Positions 57,401 to 64,000 of a stretch of 64,000 bases of DNA are shown in pieces (position 1 is the first letter of the stretch; every line of letters starts with the position of its first letter). This stretch comes from a virus. The DNA is taken from the IMG/VR virus record IMGVR_UViG_3300042691_039521, positions 1 through 64,000 of that record; one strand, 5' to 3'. The notes beneath the pieces are model-generated. The model saw only the letters and a list, made by a program, of their open reading frames with translations. It was not told the origin of the DNA and made no database searches. Both the position numbers and the translations under genes were made by a program.

Positions 57401-60400
57401 CTGGTGACTACCTTGAGGGGCAGGCCAATGTTATTGGCTCTTCGGATAAATTTAGAGATGCTTTAAAGATTTTTGAGTCTTCTGATTCTTTGCGTAAAGA
57501 TATATTTGATGAATATAAGGTTACGCTTGGTAAGAGTACCGGTGGACTTAGAGATATTGCTAAAAGCTATAAGGATAGTATTGAGGCGACAGACGGCTAT
57601 ATTGAAAAAGATGCTGAAGGAGCTTATAGACTATACAATGAGGCTGGCCAGGAGATGGCCAACGTTGCTCTTGAGGGTCAAGATGCCAAATACGTAGAGA
57701 ACTTAGCGTCTCAACTGGGCATTGATCCTACTGAACTTGATTTTGGTTTCGTTGAAGCCACACTGCAGAAAGACTCAAGTTCGGAAATTCTGAATTTAGC
57801 TAAGGGTGAAGAAGAGCAACTCAATAAATATGGATTAGAGGCACAGGAACAGGCTATAAGATATGTTGAAGTTATATCTGGTGTTGCTAGAACCAGTGAT
57901 GAATTCGGCGCAGAGATAGATAAGTTATTAGAAGATCTTGGTAAACTTCCCCCATTAGAATCAAATAAACTTAAGGGTGAAGAATTAAAGGCAGCATATG
58001 ATGTCGGTCTTCTTTCTTTTGAAGAATATTCTACTAGACTATTAGAAAATATAGAAGCTAGAAGAAACATTCTTGAAAATAGTGATCAAACCGAGGCATC
58101 TGAACTTGAGCTTTTGCAACTGAAGCAGCAGGAACAGGCTGCATATAAAGAGTTTGCTGAAATAATTATTGCAAGACAAGAAGAAAGATTAAGATTTGAG
58201 ACGGCCTTTAGCGGCTTGAGTGAGACTCAGGTAGCTGAGAGAACTAGACAAAACAATCTAGCTAATTTAGCTAACCCTAACTTTAATGATAGAGACTTAA
58301 GAGAACAAGCTGCGCTTGATATCATTGAAGCAGATAAACAAAACGCTATTAATATGGCAATAGCTGCTGGTTCGGCAGCCGAGGTAGCAAAACTTCTTTC
58401 GGAAGGAGTTGACGTTTCGCCTGTAGTCCAGGCCATTGGTTTAATTGATTCTCTTGAGGAAACTGATGCATGGAAAGAAACTAGAGACAAAATGCTCAGT
58501 GTCTTCAAGAAGCTTTTTGATATAGATCTTGATGAAGATGATATAACAAATTGGTATGAAAAAATATTAACAGATGCTTATGATGATGGACAATTAAGTG
58601 AGGTTAATAAACAAAATATTCTATCTAGATTAAATAGTAATCTAGGTGCTCTTAACGCTGCTTCTTTCGATAATCTTAGCCCTGATGAGCAAGAAGCTTT
58701 AGAGGATAGTTTTGAGCAACTCATTATGCTTCTCGCTGTTGGTGGAGTTAAGAGAGAAGAACTACTTGCCATTTTGAAGCGTAATGAACAATTTGCTAAC
58801 ATGACACCAGAAGAACTTGATGCGGCTCTTACGGGCATATTGGCTGGAAGTCCTTATGGAACTCCTGAAGATCAAGCTAAAATTAATTACAACCAAGCAA
58901 AAGATGCAAACGCTGCTATTGCTGACACACAGGTTACCAATGCGAAGGATAACAAGATTGCTATTGCTCAAGCTAAAAAGGCTGAAGCAGATGCTAATTT
59001 ATTAGCTGCCGAGGCTAGTGGTGATCCTAAGTTAATTCAAGAGGCTAAAAATGCCCAGGTGCGAGCAGAAAGAGAACTTCAGAAGGCATACAACAGCGCT
59101 CAGGTAGCTAAGTTAGAATATTATGCTACTATAGCAGAAATTAACGGTGACCTTATAGGCTCCATTGAATTAAATATTCAGGCTTTGGAAGCACAGTTGG
59201 CTCTAGCTAGACAAAATAATGATGAGGAAGCCATAGCGGCTCTTGAGGGTCAGATTGCTAGAGAGAGAGATAATTTAAGAAAGCAAGCTGTAACTGACGC
59301 AAATGCTCTTTCTAGACTATACGGGGGACTTGCAACTCTTCGTGGCGATCTGGTTGAGGCAGCACTGTTTGCCATAGAAGAAGCAAATAGAAATATGGAC
59401 GCGGCAAGAACACCAGAAGAAAAAGCGAATGCGGCTTTGGCTCAGGCTCAAGCTAATGCCGATCTGATCAAGGCGCAATTCAGTGAAAGAGCACGAGATT
59501 TCGATTTGTTTGCTGCATATCTATCTTCTAATGGTGACAGCTATGGCGCAGCGAAGACACAGCTAGTTAAGGCTCAAGAAGCTTTAGCGGCGGCTCTTCG
59601 TGGTGGAAATAAAGATGAGATTAATCAGGCAAGAATTGAACTCTTAAACCAAGAAGCCGCCTTCCGTCAGGCTGCTGGAGCTAAACGTGATGGTGAGTTT
59701 GCATTGTTGTCATCCATTATTGCTGGCGATGATCCTGTGAAGCAGGCTATTCTTGAACAGGCTGCTGCTCAAGAGGCTTTCGCTCGTGCAGTTGGTCCAG
59801 ATGAGATTCGTGATGCGACGATACGATTAAATGAGGCTAATAGGGCCGTAGCTAACGCTCAGAATGACGTTCGCATAGCTATGATGGGTCTGCGCCAAGC
59901 GGAATTAGAAGCCGTAGAAGACAGTGTAGGCTCCGCTCAGCTTGGTGTAGAAATTGCTCGACAGCAGTTGAATGATCTTATTAAAGCCGGTGCAGGTGAT
60001 GCTGCAATAGCAAACGCTAGAGCCGCACTGATCAGCGCAGATAAAGCCGCAAAGGATGCTGCTTTCCAAGAGCGTCAAGATGAATACAAGTGGCTTCTTG
60101 ACATGGGTAGAATTACAAAATCTCAATACATTAACTATCTTGAAGGACTCAAGAACACACTTCTCCCTGGAACAAGACAGTTCAAAGATTTAGAATTGGC
60201 AATTAAACAGTTAAAGAGTGATATTGGTGGCGACCTACAAGCCAATTTACCAACATCTTTGGCTCTTCCTACGTTATATGAAGTAAGAAGATTTAATCAA
60301 TCTCAAGGAGACTACAGTTCTAGAGCATCTGGCCAAGTAACAAACAACAATAATGAATCCAATCTGTATATTGAACAGGTTGTTCTACCACAGAACACTG

Positions 60401-60477
60401 GTCTGGCAGCTTTCGAAGATCTACTCTACAAGTTCTTTGCTCCAAGATCACAAGGCTTTGGAACTAGGAGAACATAA
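48466..60477 (+). CDS. tape measure protein (4003 aa)
   Basis: Follows frameshifted chaperone; helical Ala/Glu-rich; TMP core (IAPVAEEAGYSIEE.AAL...G) near 55.8-56.7 kb; hydrophobic segments. Confidence 0.9.
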   Translation: MDGNKFLIEVGVDTSPAEKDLAAFMNKLNSMREKAASQDSGSSSAQLPPQVASAAFSDAPIDLSKQTSDLKEQAKIQRQIVQDRGKLVGLLQEEARISGSIGSGDLQNIRKGAEDALAAAFGSDKLSSSLKGVLTKAINQTVAEVRTPEGKVTQAQALSAKNAPAPPERFATRSTAVLKTVGIDAPTVVRPNVDILKDFNKAVQANQGDIIGVLNSISSSLQSVVKGAESLAGNFTSAAQDQGKALDDMTDSMTETAKSVGKVNDEILKSLADKAKKAAIDSQKSFGGRQKEVLKTVVDNPGITYEELKATGAPPQTIQSLTNRGLKRTGDKFDLDTSALTNFNTELTGVLTDFIGTSAGSINEIQKLEKAINNLIAGVDSVTAEVEGTATAVAQDGLFGEKGKTEAVRKGSVPQDEPAPAKKEKFVQTDFLAQEQTIEDALAAEAEVIEETVDVRKQALELQKQAVQARLASSKAEGEFYDKFDSIIRKYGGDPEGDAIVNRDVVFEDTTKEPKEITMAEWETLGSFERNWERLHEAALEATRALEVFVQANKVSTKDLFVESEGNEPQKLLDSLKAEYERLKSVQGEQLSAAAAAGLKIDTENRRGEFGGEGPRQEVIAQYEAELEASKEAVSETSAKLRSVSAKITELEKSLGLEVSALELTTKASVNLTKAQVAAIQEISKDAAFGQTTLNAKGTGGLFTYDKADAERVGRFAQGVLEDPQSSAVEKRAATRISESVDITLQEIERANTARSEIADILEDTTEYLDESAQWEKERAERAKVRAQEVADAVAAAEAKGLKTIPIASQDATNLQRSRLTFAKDKFLDPLGKDQYPASGKVENDFNFDTALIYDPNDLDLIRSRIKEVINGLTSDIASVEAGSGSVSTPLKFLRERLESVEKIASEIFANEGQTLNLNTLEIINDKITDLTSEAEESAQITREQNAIGGQITAAMEQELKARREAADAAAKAPLSDADKQALANAEQPTLLSSNSTLDPSLSELEKQLILAAERVKAIVSVPVEQLEAGDEIWRNSGAGTLLRKLQNPIGGREGVPQVVDYVPETNYPILGDATQGDAIKVLKKVDAERLANGETALSVEEARTIIAQKLLEVEAELVPMMAAYKTEEEKALVLKKELNDFLQKKLDEQGVNVNAEDVRVVSPTGSVFKKSGPGSKSPLFKLSDTDYEEYINRLHKIPQLSAARFNREGYNPVGLGSDFPRDDSVPRSLNQVSSDYEALSDIIRRQVDSSFEASVTLDQLNDLLSSTALSQEEINKVSLIILDKQRKSLESYLVNNPNRTDTDANPNDQSIRQQAELSKTLEDINTILGLRKEAEQKVVDAVEQQAAAQEDITREILKPDAVIQPSRLPAEVRGPKIPTAPPEIIDVQSASDEDKLAKRLANQEYARQKLARSAAGTIGTEPIEGVEKSAERLSATMDESLTSIKGMSQAMLQIIDLLEKNPDLGLAEFKQITGGTKGMGPRGASLKALQDRGIVTYDERSKLKVAAREDIPGLFKASSDRRVESKRTADAELIAQAQAELEAQIEEYGADVVDAFSDNLSDLTQQYVDLLKGRIEALEFSLGNEDGVIGAVGDIPTPLINKDLYERFGEAIGPEWDFYVEAFLAENSPGLLNFRGTNFSKSDIDSLLFSEDDPQKQITNAANDIRDRIEKSQSRIPGDSTSIGFEDFLSETPNLREANLTISEYVTQLLELVSLSEEVTNISNGLAGLDLSTAMALFGGQLESMAAESVVLSENIANAAREETIAKLEAISQNKAALRAYKQAFVEVSDESFADLSIDFQEVLQEQLRQAAENASATLRGNESILGEASTARTINVDEGQAIDNLLGIQNALEAKIFREGTFNLPPTETTPSVAPAAEAQDSLVNEVFEGAKIEAETNTQRRKNLEKTKQEVNAEPLNSEVFVQEEQGLVSALARKIEALDQQSSLLENIYPSFEEAERQLVIALNRKRLLLNAQADALENNGVSLAPISAIDPFQSGGADGGPKYGVNPYDTMNPGGGGGGGGGGYVGEEGEGFDPVEAAKARVEAAQNELLINIALFTQIYEKTTLLLSEKLAELQAGIKGFDEKLKGMTLQSIIDQGDVFKDVTEGKAEQKSAKAMIDAGAAEALLANDDLLFNFVAGQKLLAEAMEKISQQIFDKNLEANKRINAAWEKAAVAYEILTETNAGAGESLAELFSKYSGALSVFNQQLTALTKEGVTGDPVSLQAMGEAKGRTRIADTVISNQTNQSILDTINNDPNDPNGERNLVEELLDAQVALIRSTSELAELRNQQVELTGDVIKQLAEEDTSILNLKNAREAAAQALFDNLPAGALKDKLALQRRVGQRELNVNDPQYISLRRRENQLRQQEARAIVGEKQAPGLTGKITRYFDYQPDRGGAGFKQFFGGGALAALRYGLPGQIMRSGGSQIVNTIKEAEELQFALARLEGQFKTAFPTENFEEVRANIKAVAAETGLAADEIANFQIQITGAFSDTEIKGVGGTDLIEKQVESAAKLAQTVGLPLAEITDGLTAASLAFGEDFERIGDVAVRLEERSGVLAKETIAFIGDIAPVAEEAGYSIEEFAALAAVAQQRSGRSGAALAESFGRVIPALSEQKDKLMELAQITPSLQNPGFIDAIRQSDSKEILNQIGQAYQSMGKDAQQATIAILGGRREAQALIPALANQELVARLQKDAENSVGSLDKRFEDIQKTLTNSLARLGESVRQFGVELLESGLTDTFELAISLAEKLLGVLTPIAGVFADINKLLGGVPAAVAALSAVGVAFKSFAFKDQTEIVTDPLTGVESENVIGRQFIGTDFIQQIVGNIKEDFAAGFVDSGRTSVERRTGQALPVGPFAAGQGIPETAQLLTAGEKLKAGGTGLLTAVGGGSAALGAGVIGIAALSTAYGAIQGQINATKQALDDLILETKNDIASTDLDVDGARQRLTENLQTQADDARKAYDGWTEFWGELGNSLNPGDYLEGQANVIGSSDKFRDALKIFESSDSLRKDIFDEYKVTLGKSTGGLRDIAKSYKDSIEATDGYIEKDAEGAYRLYNEAGQEMANVALEGQDAKYVENLASQLGIDPTELDFGFVEATLQKDSSSEILNLAKGEEEQLNKYGLEAQEQAIRYVEVISGVARTSDEFGAEIDKLLEDLGKLPPLESNKLKGEELKAAYDVGLLSFEEYSTRLLENIEARRNILENSDQTEASELELLQLKQQEQAAYKEFAEIIIARQEERLRFETAFSGLSETQVAERTRQNNLANLANPNFNDRDLREQAALDIIEADKQNAINMAIAAGSAAEVAKLLSEGVDVSPVVQAIGLIDSLEETDAWKETRDKMLSVFKKLFDIDLDEDDITNWYEKILTDAYDDGQLSEVNKQNILSRLNSNLGALNAASFDNLSPDEQEALEDSFEQLIMLLAVGGVKREELLAILKRNEQFANMTPEELDAALTGILAGSPYGTPEDQAKINYNQAKDANAAIADTQVTNAKDNKIAIAQAKKAEADANLLAAEASGDPKLIQEAKNAQVRAERELQKAYNSAQVAKLEYYATIAEINGDLIGSIELNIQALEAQLALARQNNDEEAIAALEGQIARERDNLRKQAVTDANALSRLYGGLATLRGDLVEAALFAIEEANRNMDAARTPEEKANAALAQAQANADLIKAQFSERARDFDLFAAYLSSNGDSYGAAKTQLVKAQEALAAALRGGNKDEINQARIELLNQEAAFRQAAGAKRDGEFALLSSIIAGDDPVKQAILEQAAAQEAFARAVGPDEIRDATIRLNEANRAVANAQNDVRIAMMGLRQAELEAVEDSVGSAQLGVEIARQQLNDLIKAGAGDAAIANARAALISADKAAKDAAFQERQDEYKWLLDMGRITKSQYINYLEGLKNTLLPGTRQFKDLELAIKQLKSDIGGDLQANLPTSLALPTLYEVRRFNQSQGDYSSRASGQVTNNNNESNLYIEQVVLPQNTGLAAFEDLLYKFFAPRSQGFGTRRT

Positions 60478-60887
60478 TGGCAAAATGGAAACTATATGAC
60501 CCAGAAGAAGATCAATATTTTTCTTTTGAATACAACCCATCTAAAGATGATGGATCATTTGCTTTAAATAAATCTACTGCCTATCAGGTTAATGCTGGTT
60601 CTTATAGAGATAATTCTAATAGAGACAATATAGCTAATATTATTTTTGAGAGCCATAAAGAGGTTAAGAAATTTTCATTCAGTGGAAATATTTATAATAA
60701 AGATGAATTTGATAGATTAGAGCTATGGTTTTCTAAAAAATATGATCTGATTCTCACAGATGATTTGAATAGAAATTTTAGAATTTATGTTAGCAGTTTC
60801 AGCCCGAGTAGAATTCGTTCTCGACAGTTTCCATATAAACATTCTTACACTGTTAAAGGCATTGTACACGAAGAGATTTTTGAGTAA
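60477..60887 (+). CDS. putative distal tail (Dit-like) protein 1
   Basis: Directly after TMP; F..NP, FSFSG, L.DDL. Confidence 0.6.
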   Translation: MAKWKLYDPEEDQYFSFEYNPSKDDGSFALNKSTAYQVNAGSYRDNSNRDNIANIIFESHKEVKKFSFSGNIYNKDEFDRLELWFSKKYDLILTDDLNRNFRIYVSSFSPSRIRSRQFPYKHSYTVKGIVHEEIFE

Positions 60888-60901
60888 GGAGTTAAGATAG
60901 A

Positions 60902-62968
60902 ATGGCATTTCCACCACCAAATTATCCATATCAAGATAATGTGCATGATGTTGTTGCTGTTATTGTGAACGAGATTATTGCTGAGATTCAAGCTCACGAA
61001 GCCTCTCAGGTGAACGTTCATGGGATAACAAACACAGCTAATTTAGTCACCACAGCGTCTCTTACAGAGCTTGTGCAGGATATTGTGGCTGCACAATTTT
61101 CTGCTGGCACCCATGTAGGCGCAACAATCACATATAATGATGGTGATGGTTCACTTGATGTTGAAATAAGTGCGACTGGCGCTACTGGCCCACAGGGACC
61201 AATGGGATATACTGGACCCTCTGGCGCTACTGGCCCCGCTGGCGTTGGTGTTATTGGTGCAACTGGTTCTTCTGGACCCTCTGGCGCCACTGGCCCCGCT
61301 GGATCTACCGGAGCAACCGGTTCCGGTGTTACTGGCGCTACCGGAGCACAGGGTCCCGTAGGTGCAACTGGTTCTCGTGGCGCAACTGGTGCCACCGGCG
61401 CAGGAGCGACCGGTTCCACCGGGGCGACTGGGCCTGTCGGAGTAACCGGTGCAACAGGTGCTGGCTTTACCGGGGCGACCGGTGTTGCTGGCCCCACTGG
61501 TTCAGCGGGCGCAACTGGCGCTACCGGCGTTCAGGGAAATGACGGAATTGCGGGTCCAACAGGTGCGACCGGCCCGGCTGGTTCTCCTGGTGGAGCAACC
61601 GGACCCACTGGTCCAGTGGGGGCTACTGGCGCAGGCGCAACTGGTGCCACTGGTCCGCAAGGTCCAATTGGAGCAACAGGTGTAGCGGGTTCACCGGGTG
61701 GAGCAACGGGGGCAACTGGGCCAGTTGGGGCAACCGGCGCTGGCGGTGGTGGTGGGGTTGAATATTTTGAAATGACCACTACCGATCTTGATTTAGACCC
61801 TTCTTTATTTAGTGCTTATAATATTATCGTGGTTAAGTACAATGCAACCAAAAAAGCTTTTAGACTGCCGATGGCCAACGAGGTTCCAGCCGGAACTGTT
61901 TTTCATTTTTTCCAACACTGCGTAGATGGTCCAGCGCCAGATACTAACGTTTACGATGATCTTGCTGAGGTTGGCGAATGTTATATTGTTAGAAATGACG
62001 CCGGAACCGCTGCTCCATATTATCTTACAAGCCCTGTCGGTATTTGGGGTGATACTTTAAACGGAAATAACTGGTATGTCCAAGATTTTACTAGATCTAG
62101 TATTGGCGGAAGTTTAAGGCAAACAATTTTTATATCTGATGGCGCAAGTAATTGGACTAATCCTTTTGGAGAGTACATTACAAAACATCCCGAGTTTAAC
62201 TCTTCTTCGCTTGTTACTGCTACTGGTGGCTATACTCCAGAAATGGCGTTGGACCCAGCGGTTTTTGCTGTTAACAAGCCTGGGGCTTATGTTTTGGGTT
62301 CTGGTGGATATAATCCTATTGATTGGATTCCACAGCCAAATAGAACAGCGCTAGCTAGACCAACTACCTCAATTGAGGGTGTTTTTGGTGGAACCCCTGT
62401 TTACCCAGATTTTCCCGATATATGGAATGGCACCGATACCTTTGCTGTGCCCGGGGTGAACTTAACATCTATTGGCACTGTTTCTATCGGAACTAGAAGA
62501 TATTATTCGCCAATGAGGCTTGATATGCCAACGGGAATACAAGAGATAATGCTTGAGGTTACCAGTGCTGGCACTGAAACAGAAATTAAAGTAAGATTAT
62601 TTAAGGCCGATCGACACTGGCAACCAGATAATTTTTGGGAATATGATTATTTTTGGGATCTTGGCACTTTCAATGTTGTTGGCAATGGGGTTAAAAAGCT
62701 TCCTGTTGGTGGCTATTATAATGCTGGAAATTATATTATAGCTTATCAAGCTAATAATAGAGGAAGCTGTACCGTAAGAGAATGGAGGGGTTCTATGCCT
62801 GGATGGGGCGTAATTGGAACGGGTGGATCTACTAGTTTTATATCTCGTGGTAAATTTGATACCACAATCAGTAATGAGGATATTACCGACCAACCCTGGT
62901 CAGCATATGATACATCTAGTTATGGTCTATCTTGCCCTATTCTCTTTAGATATTCTTACGGGAGATAA
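60902..62968 (+). CDS. collagen-like tail fibre protein
   Basis: N-terminal VHGI/QDIV..TY.D motifs, ~190 aa GAT/GPT repeats, globular C-terminus. Confidence 0.82.
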   Translation: MAFPPPNYPYQDNVHDVVAVIVNEIIAEIQAHEASQVNVHGITNTANLVTTASLTELVQDIVAAQFSAGTHVGATITYNDGDGSLDVEISATGATGPQGPMGYTGPSGATGPAGVGVIGATGSSGPSGATGPAGSTGATGSGVTGATGAQGPVGATGSRGATGATGAGATGSTGATGPVGVTGATGAGFTGATGVAGPTGSAGATGATGVQGNDGIAGPTGATGPAGSPGGATGPTGPVGATGAGATGATGPQGPIGATGVAGSPGGATGATGPVGATGAGGGGGVEYFEMTTTDLDLDPSLFSAYNIIVVKYNATKKAFRLPMANEVPAGTVFHFFQHCVDGPAPDTNVYDDLAEVGECYIVRNDAGTAAPYYLTSPVGIWGDTLNGNNWYVQDFTRSSIGGSLRQTIFISDGASNWTNPFGEYITKHPEFNSSSLVTATGGYTPEMALDPAVFAVNKPGAYVLGSGGYNPIDWIPQPNRTALARPTTSIEGVFGGTPVYPDFPDIWNGTDTFAVPGVNLTSIGTVSIGTRRYYSPMRLDMPTGIQEIMLEVTSAGTETEIKVRLFKADRHWQPDNFWEYDYFWDLGTFNVVGNGVKKLPVGGYYNAGNYIIAYQANNRGSCTVREWRGSMPGWGVIGTGGSTSFISRGKFDTTISNEDITDQPWSAYDTSSYGLSCPILFRYSYGR

Positions 62969-62972
62969 TTTT

Positions 62973-63425
62973 ATGGCAAGGTTTAACACCTTTCTTTTCA
63001 GTGAAGAAACATTTGGTTCCTCTGGTCAGCTACCAATAGAAGTTTCCGGAGAGAGAGTGCCATGGATTTTTATAGACCTATCAAGTGGAGATGAATACGA
63101 ATTTGCGGTCAATCCTTTAGATTGCTCGTTTTCGGGGAATGAAGAAACTCTTACTGAGAATTATAGTAGTGCTGGCTCTCCTATTTTATTTGGTGGTAGA
63201 CAAACCCCTAAAACCTTATCCTTTAGCGGGACAATTTTATATGAAGAGCATTTTCGAGCCATGGAAGAATGGTTTGAAAAGAATACTCAAATTACTCTTA
63301 TTGATGATTTGGGCAATAACTACAGCATTTACCTTCAGAATTTTTCTCCCACCAGGGCTTATGTCTCACAATACCCTTGGAGACATGAATATAATGCAAA
63401 CGCTGTTATTTTATCTTGGACTTGA
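62973..63425 (+). CDS. putative distal tail (Dit-like) protein 2, paralog of 60477..60887
   Basis: Start trimmed to MARFNTF; aligns by eye with Dit-like 1. Confidence 0.6.
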   Translation: MARFNTFLFSEETFGSSGQLPIEVSGERVPWIFIDLSSGDEYEFAVNPLDCSFSGNEETLTENYSSAGSPILFGGRQTPKTLSFSGTILYEEHFRAMEEWFEKNTQITLIDDLGNNYSIYLQNFSPTRAYVSQYPWRHEYNANAVILSWT

Positions 63426-63441
63426 CGTTATATTAAAAAGG
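63424..63441 (+). promoter_or_regulatory. putative late promoter (variant)
   Basis: GACGTTA-N7-AAGG; matches 40942 copy. Confidence 0.5.
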
Positions 63442-63467
63442 AAACAGGATGTATCTGAAAGGGAAGC

Positions 63468-64000
63468 ATGAAATATATTCCGGAGTTATTTGAGAAAGCT
63501 ACGAGCGGTAACTTCTTGGGCAATCGTGCGGCTAATGGACGTGTAACGGTTGAGCCAAATTGGAAAATTCAGGAAACAGCACCCATATATGGTAATTCTA
63601 TACGTGGACCATTTCGTTATTATACAGATGGTAACCCCGAAGAGTACGAGGTCCCGGCAATTCAGAACATTCAATGGAACAGATCATTTGGCCAAGATTT
63701 AGGTACGGCACAAATTACTATTTATAACTCTTGGCATAATCTTAATAATGAAGACCCCGAGATGACCGATAAGATTGGTAAACCGGGTTACTTCTGGCCA
63801 AGACGTGGTGAGGGTGATTCATTTTTAACTTGGAAACAGAACCCTGGCAAAGGTGCATATAAAAAGGATGGAACCTGGGACCCTAATTTTTCATGGAAAG
63901 ATATTCTTGTTCCAGATGCCCTTTTGAGAACCTATGAGGGATGGGGCGGTAAACCCACAGACGGTGGTTATGTTTCTGTTGATCAGAATATTACTGATAA
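63468..64000 (+). CDS. minor tail / baseplate hub protein, truncated by window end
   Basis: Open frame MKYIPELFEKATSGNFLG... to the window end; I.W.RS..QD..TA.ITI.N pattern. Confidence 0.65.
   Translation, partial: MKYIPELFEKATSGNFLGNRAANGRVTVEPNWKIQETAPIYGNSIRGPFRYYTDGNPEEYEVPAIQNIQWNRSFGQDLGTAQITIYNSWHNLNNEDPEMTDKIGKPGYFWPRRGEGDSFLTWKQNPGKGAYKKDGTWDPNFSWKDILVPDALLRTYEGWGGKPTDGGYVSVDQNITD

Noticed and set aside
49882-60126. Many short alternative-frame and antisense ORFs inside the TMP
   Set aside because: Shadow ORFs without RBS, promoter or recognisable motifs
1-64000. Stop-codon reassignment
   Set aside because: Conserved genes are intact under code 11, and TAA, TAG and TGA all terminate genes

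Overview
This 64 kb window is part of a large, AT-rich tailed phage genome (siphovirus-type morphogenesis module, standard genetic code). An actinobacterial host is inferred from the PhoH2, WhiG/FliA-like sigma factor, GGGAAAA tail-chaperone frameshift, leaderless starts and a high-GC acquired segment. Layout: (1) 1-3.4 kb, small early genes with strong strand-compositional skew, including a VUT/YhhQ transporter + DpdA-like transglycosylase pair; (2) 3.5-16.2 kb, accessory and nucleotide-metabolism genes (lytic transglycosylase, dCMP deaminase, GH26-like hydrolase, PhoH2, beta-helix lipoprotein, GT4, ThyX-like, a ~600 bp high-GC island, DUF192, metallophosphoesterase); (3) 16.24-16.74 kb, an ORF-free, densely base-paired region bracketed by two pairs of back-to-back sigma70-type promoters; (4) sigma factor, nrdA-HNH-nrdB, holin candidate, resolvase; (5) an eight-gene glycan cluster (three GT2-like, GT11, three methyltransferases, GDP-mannose 3,5-epimerase-like); (6) terminase, portal, protease, scaffold, capsid, neck, collagen-like fibres, endolysin, tail tube, frameshifted chaperone, a 4003-aa tape measure protein and tail-tip genes running off the window. 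A fixed-spacing motif (CCGATA-N7-TAG) precedes late genes and resembles the sigma28 -10 element. No tRNA, rRNA, CRISPR array, integrase or IS element was recognised. All family assignments come from motif recognition by eye, not database searches.
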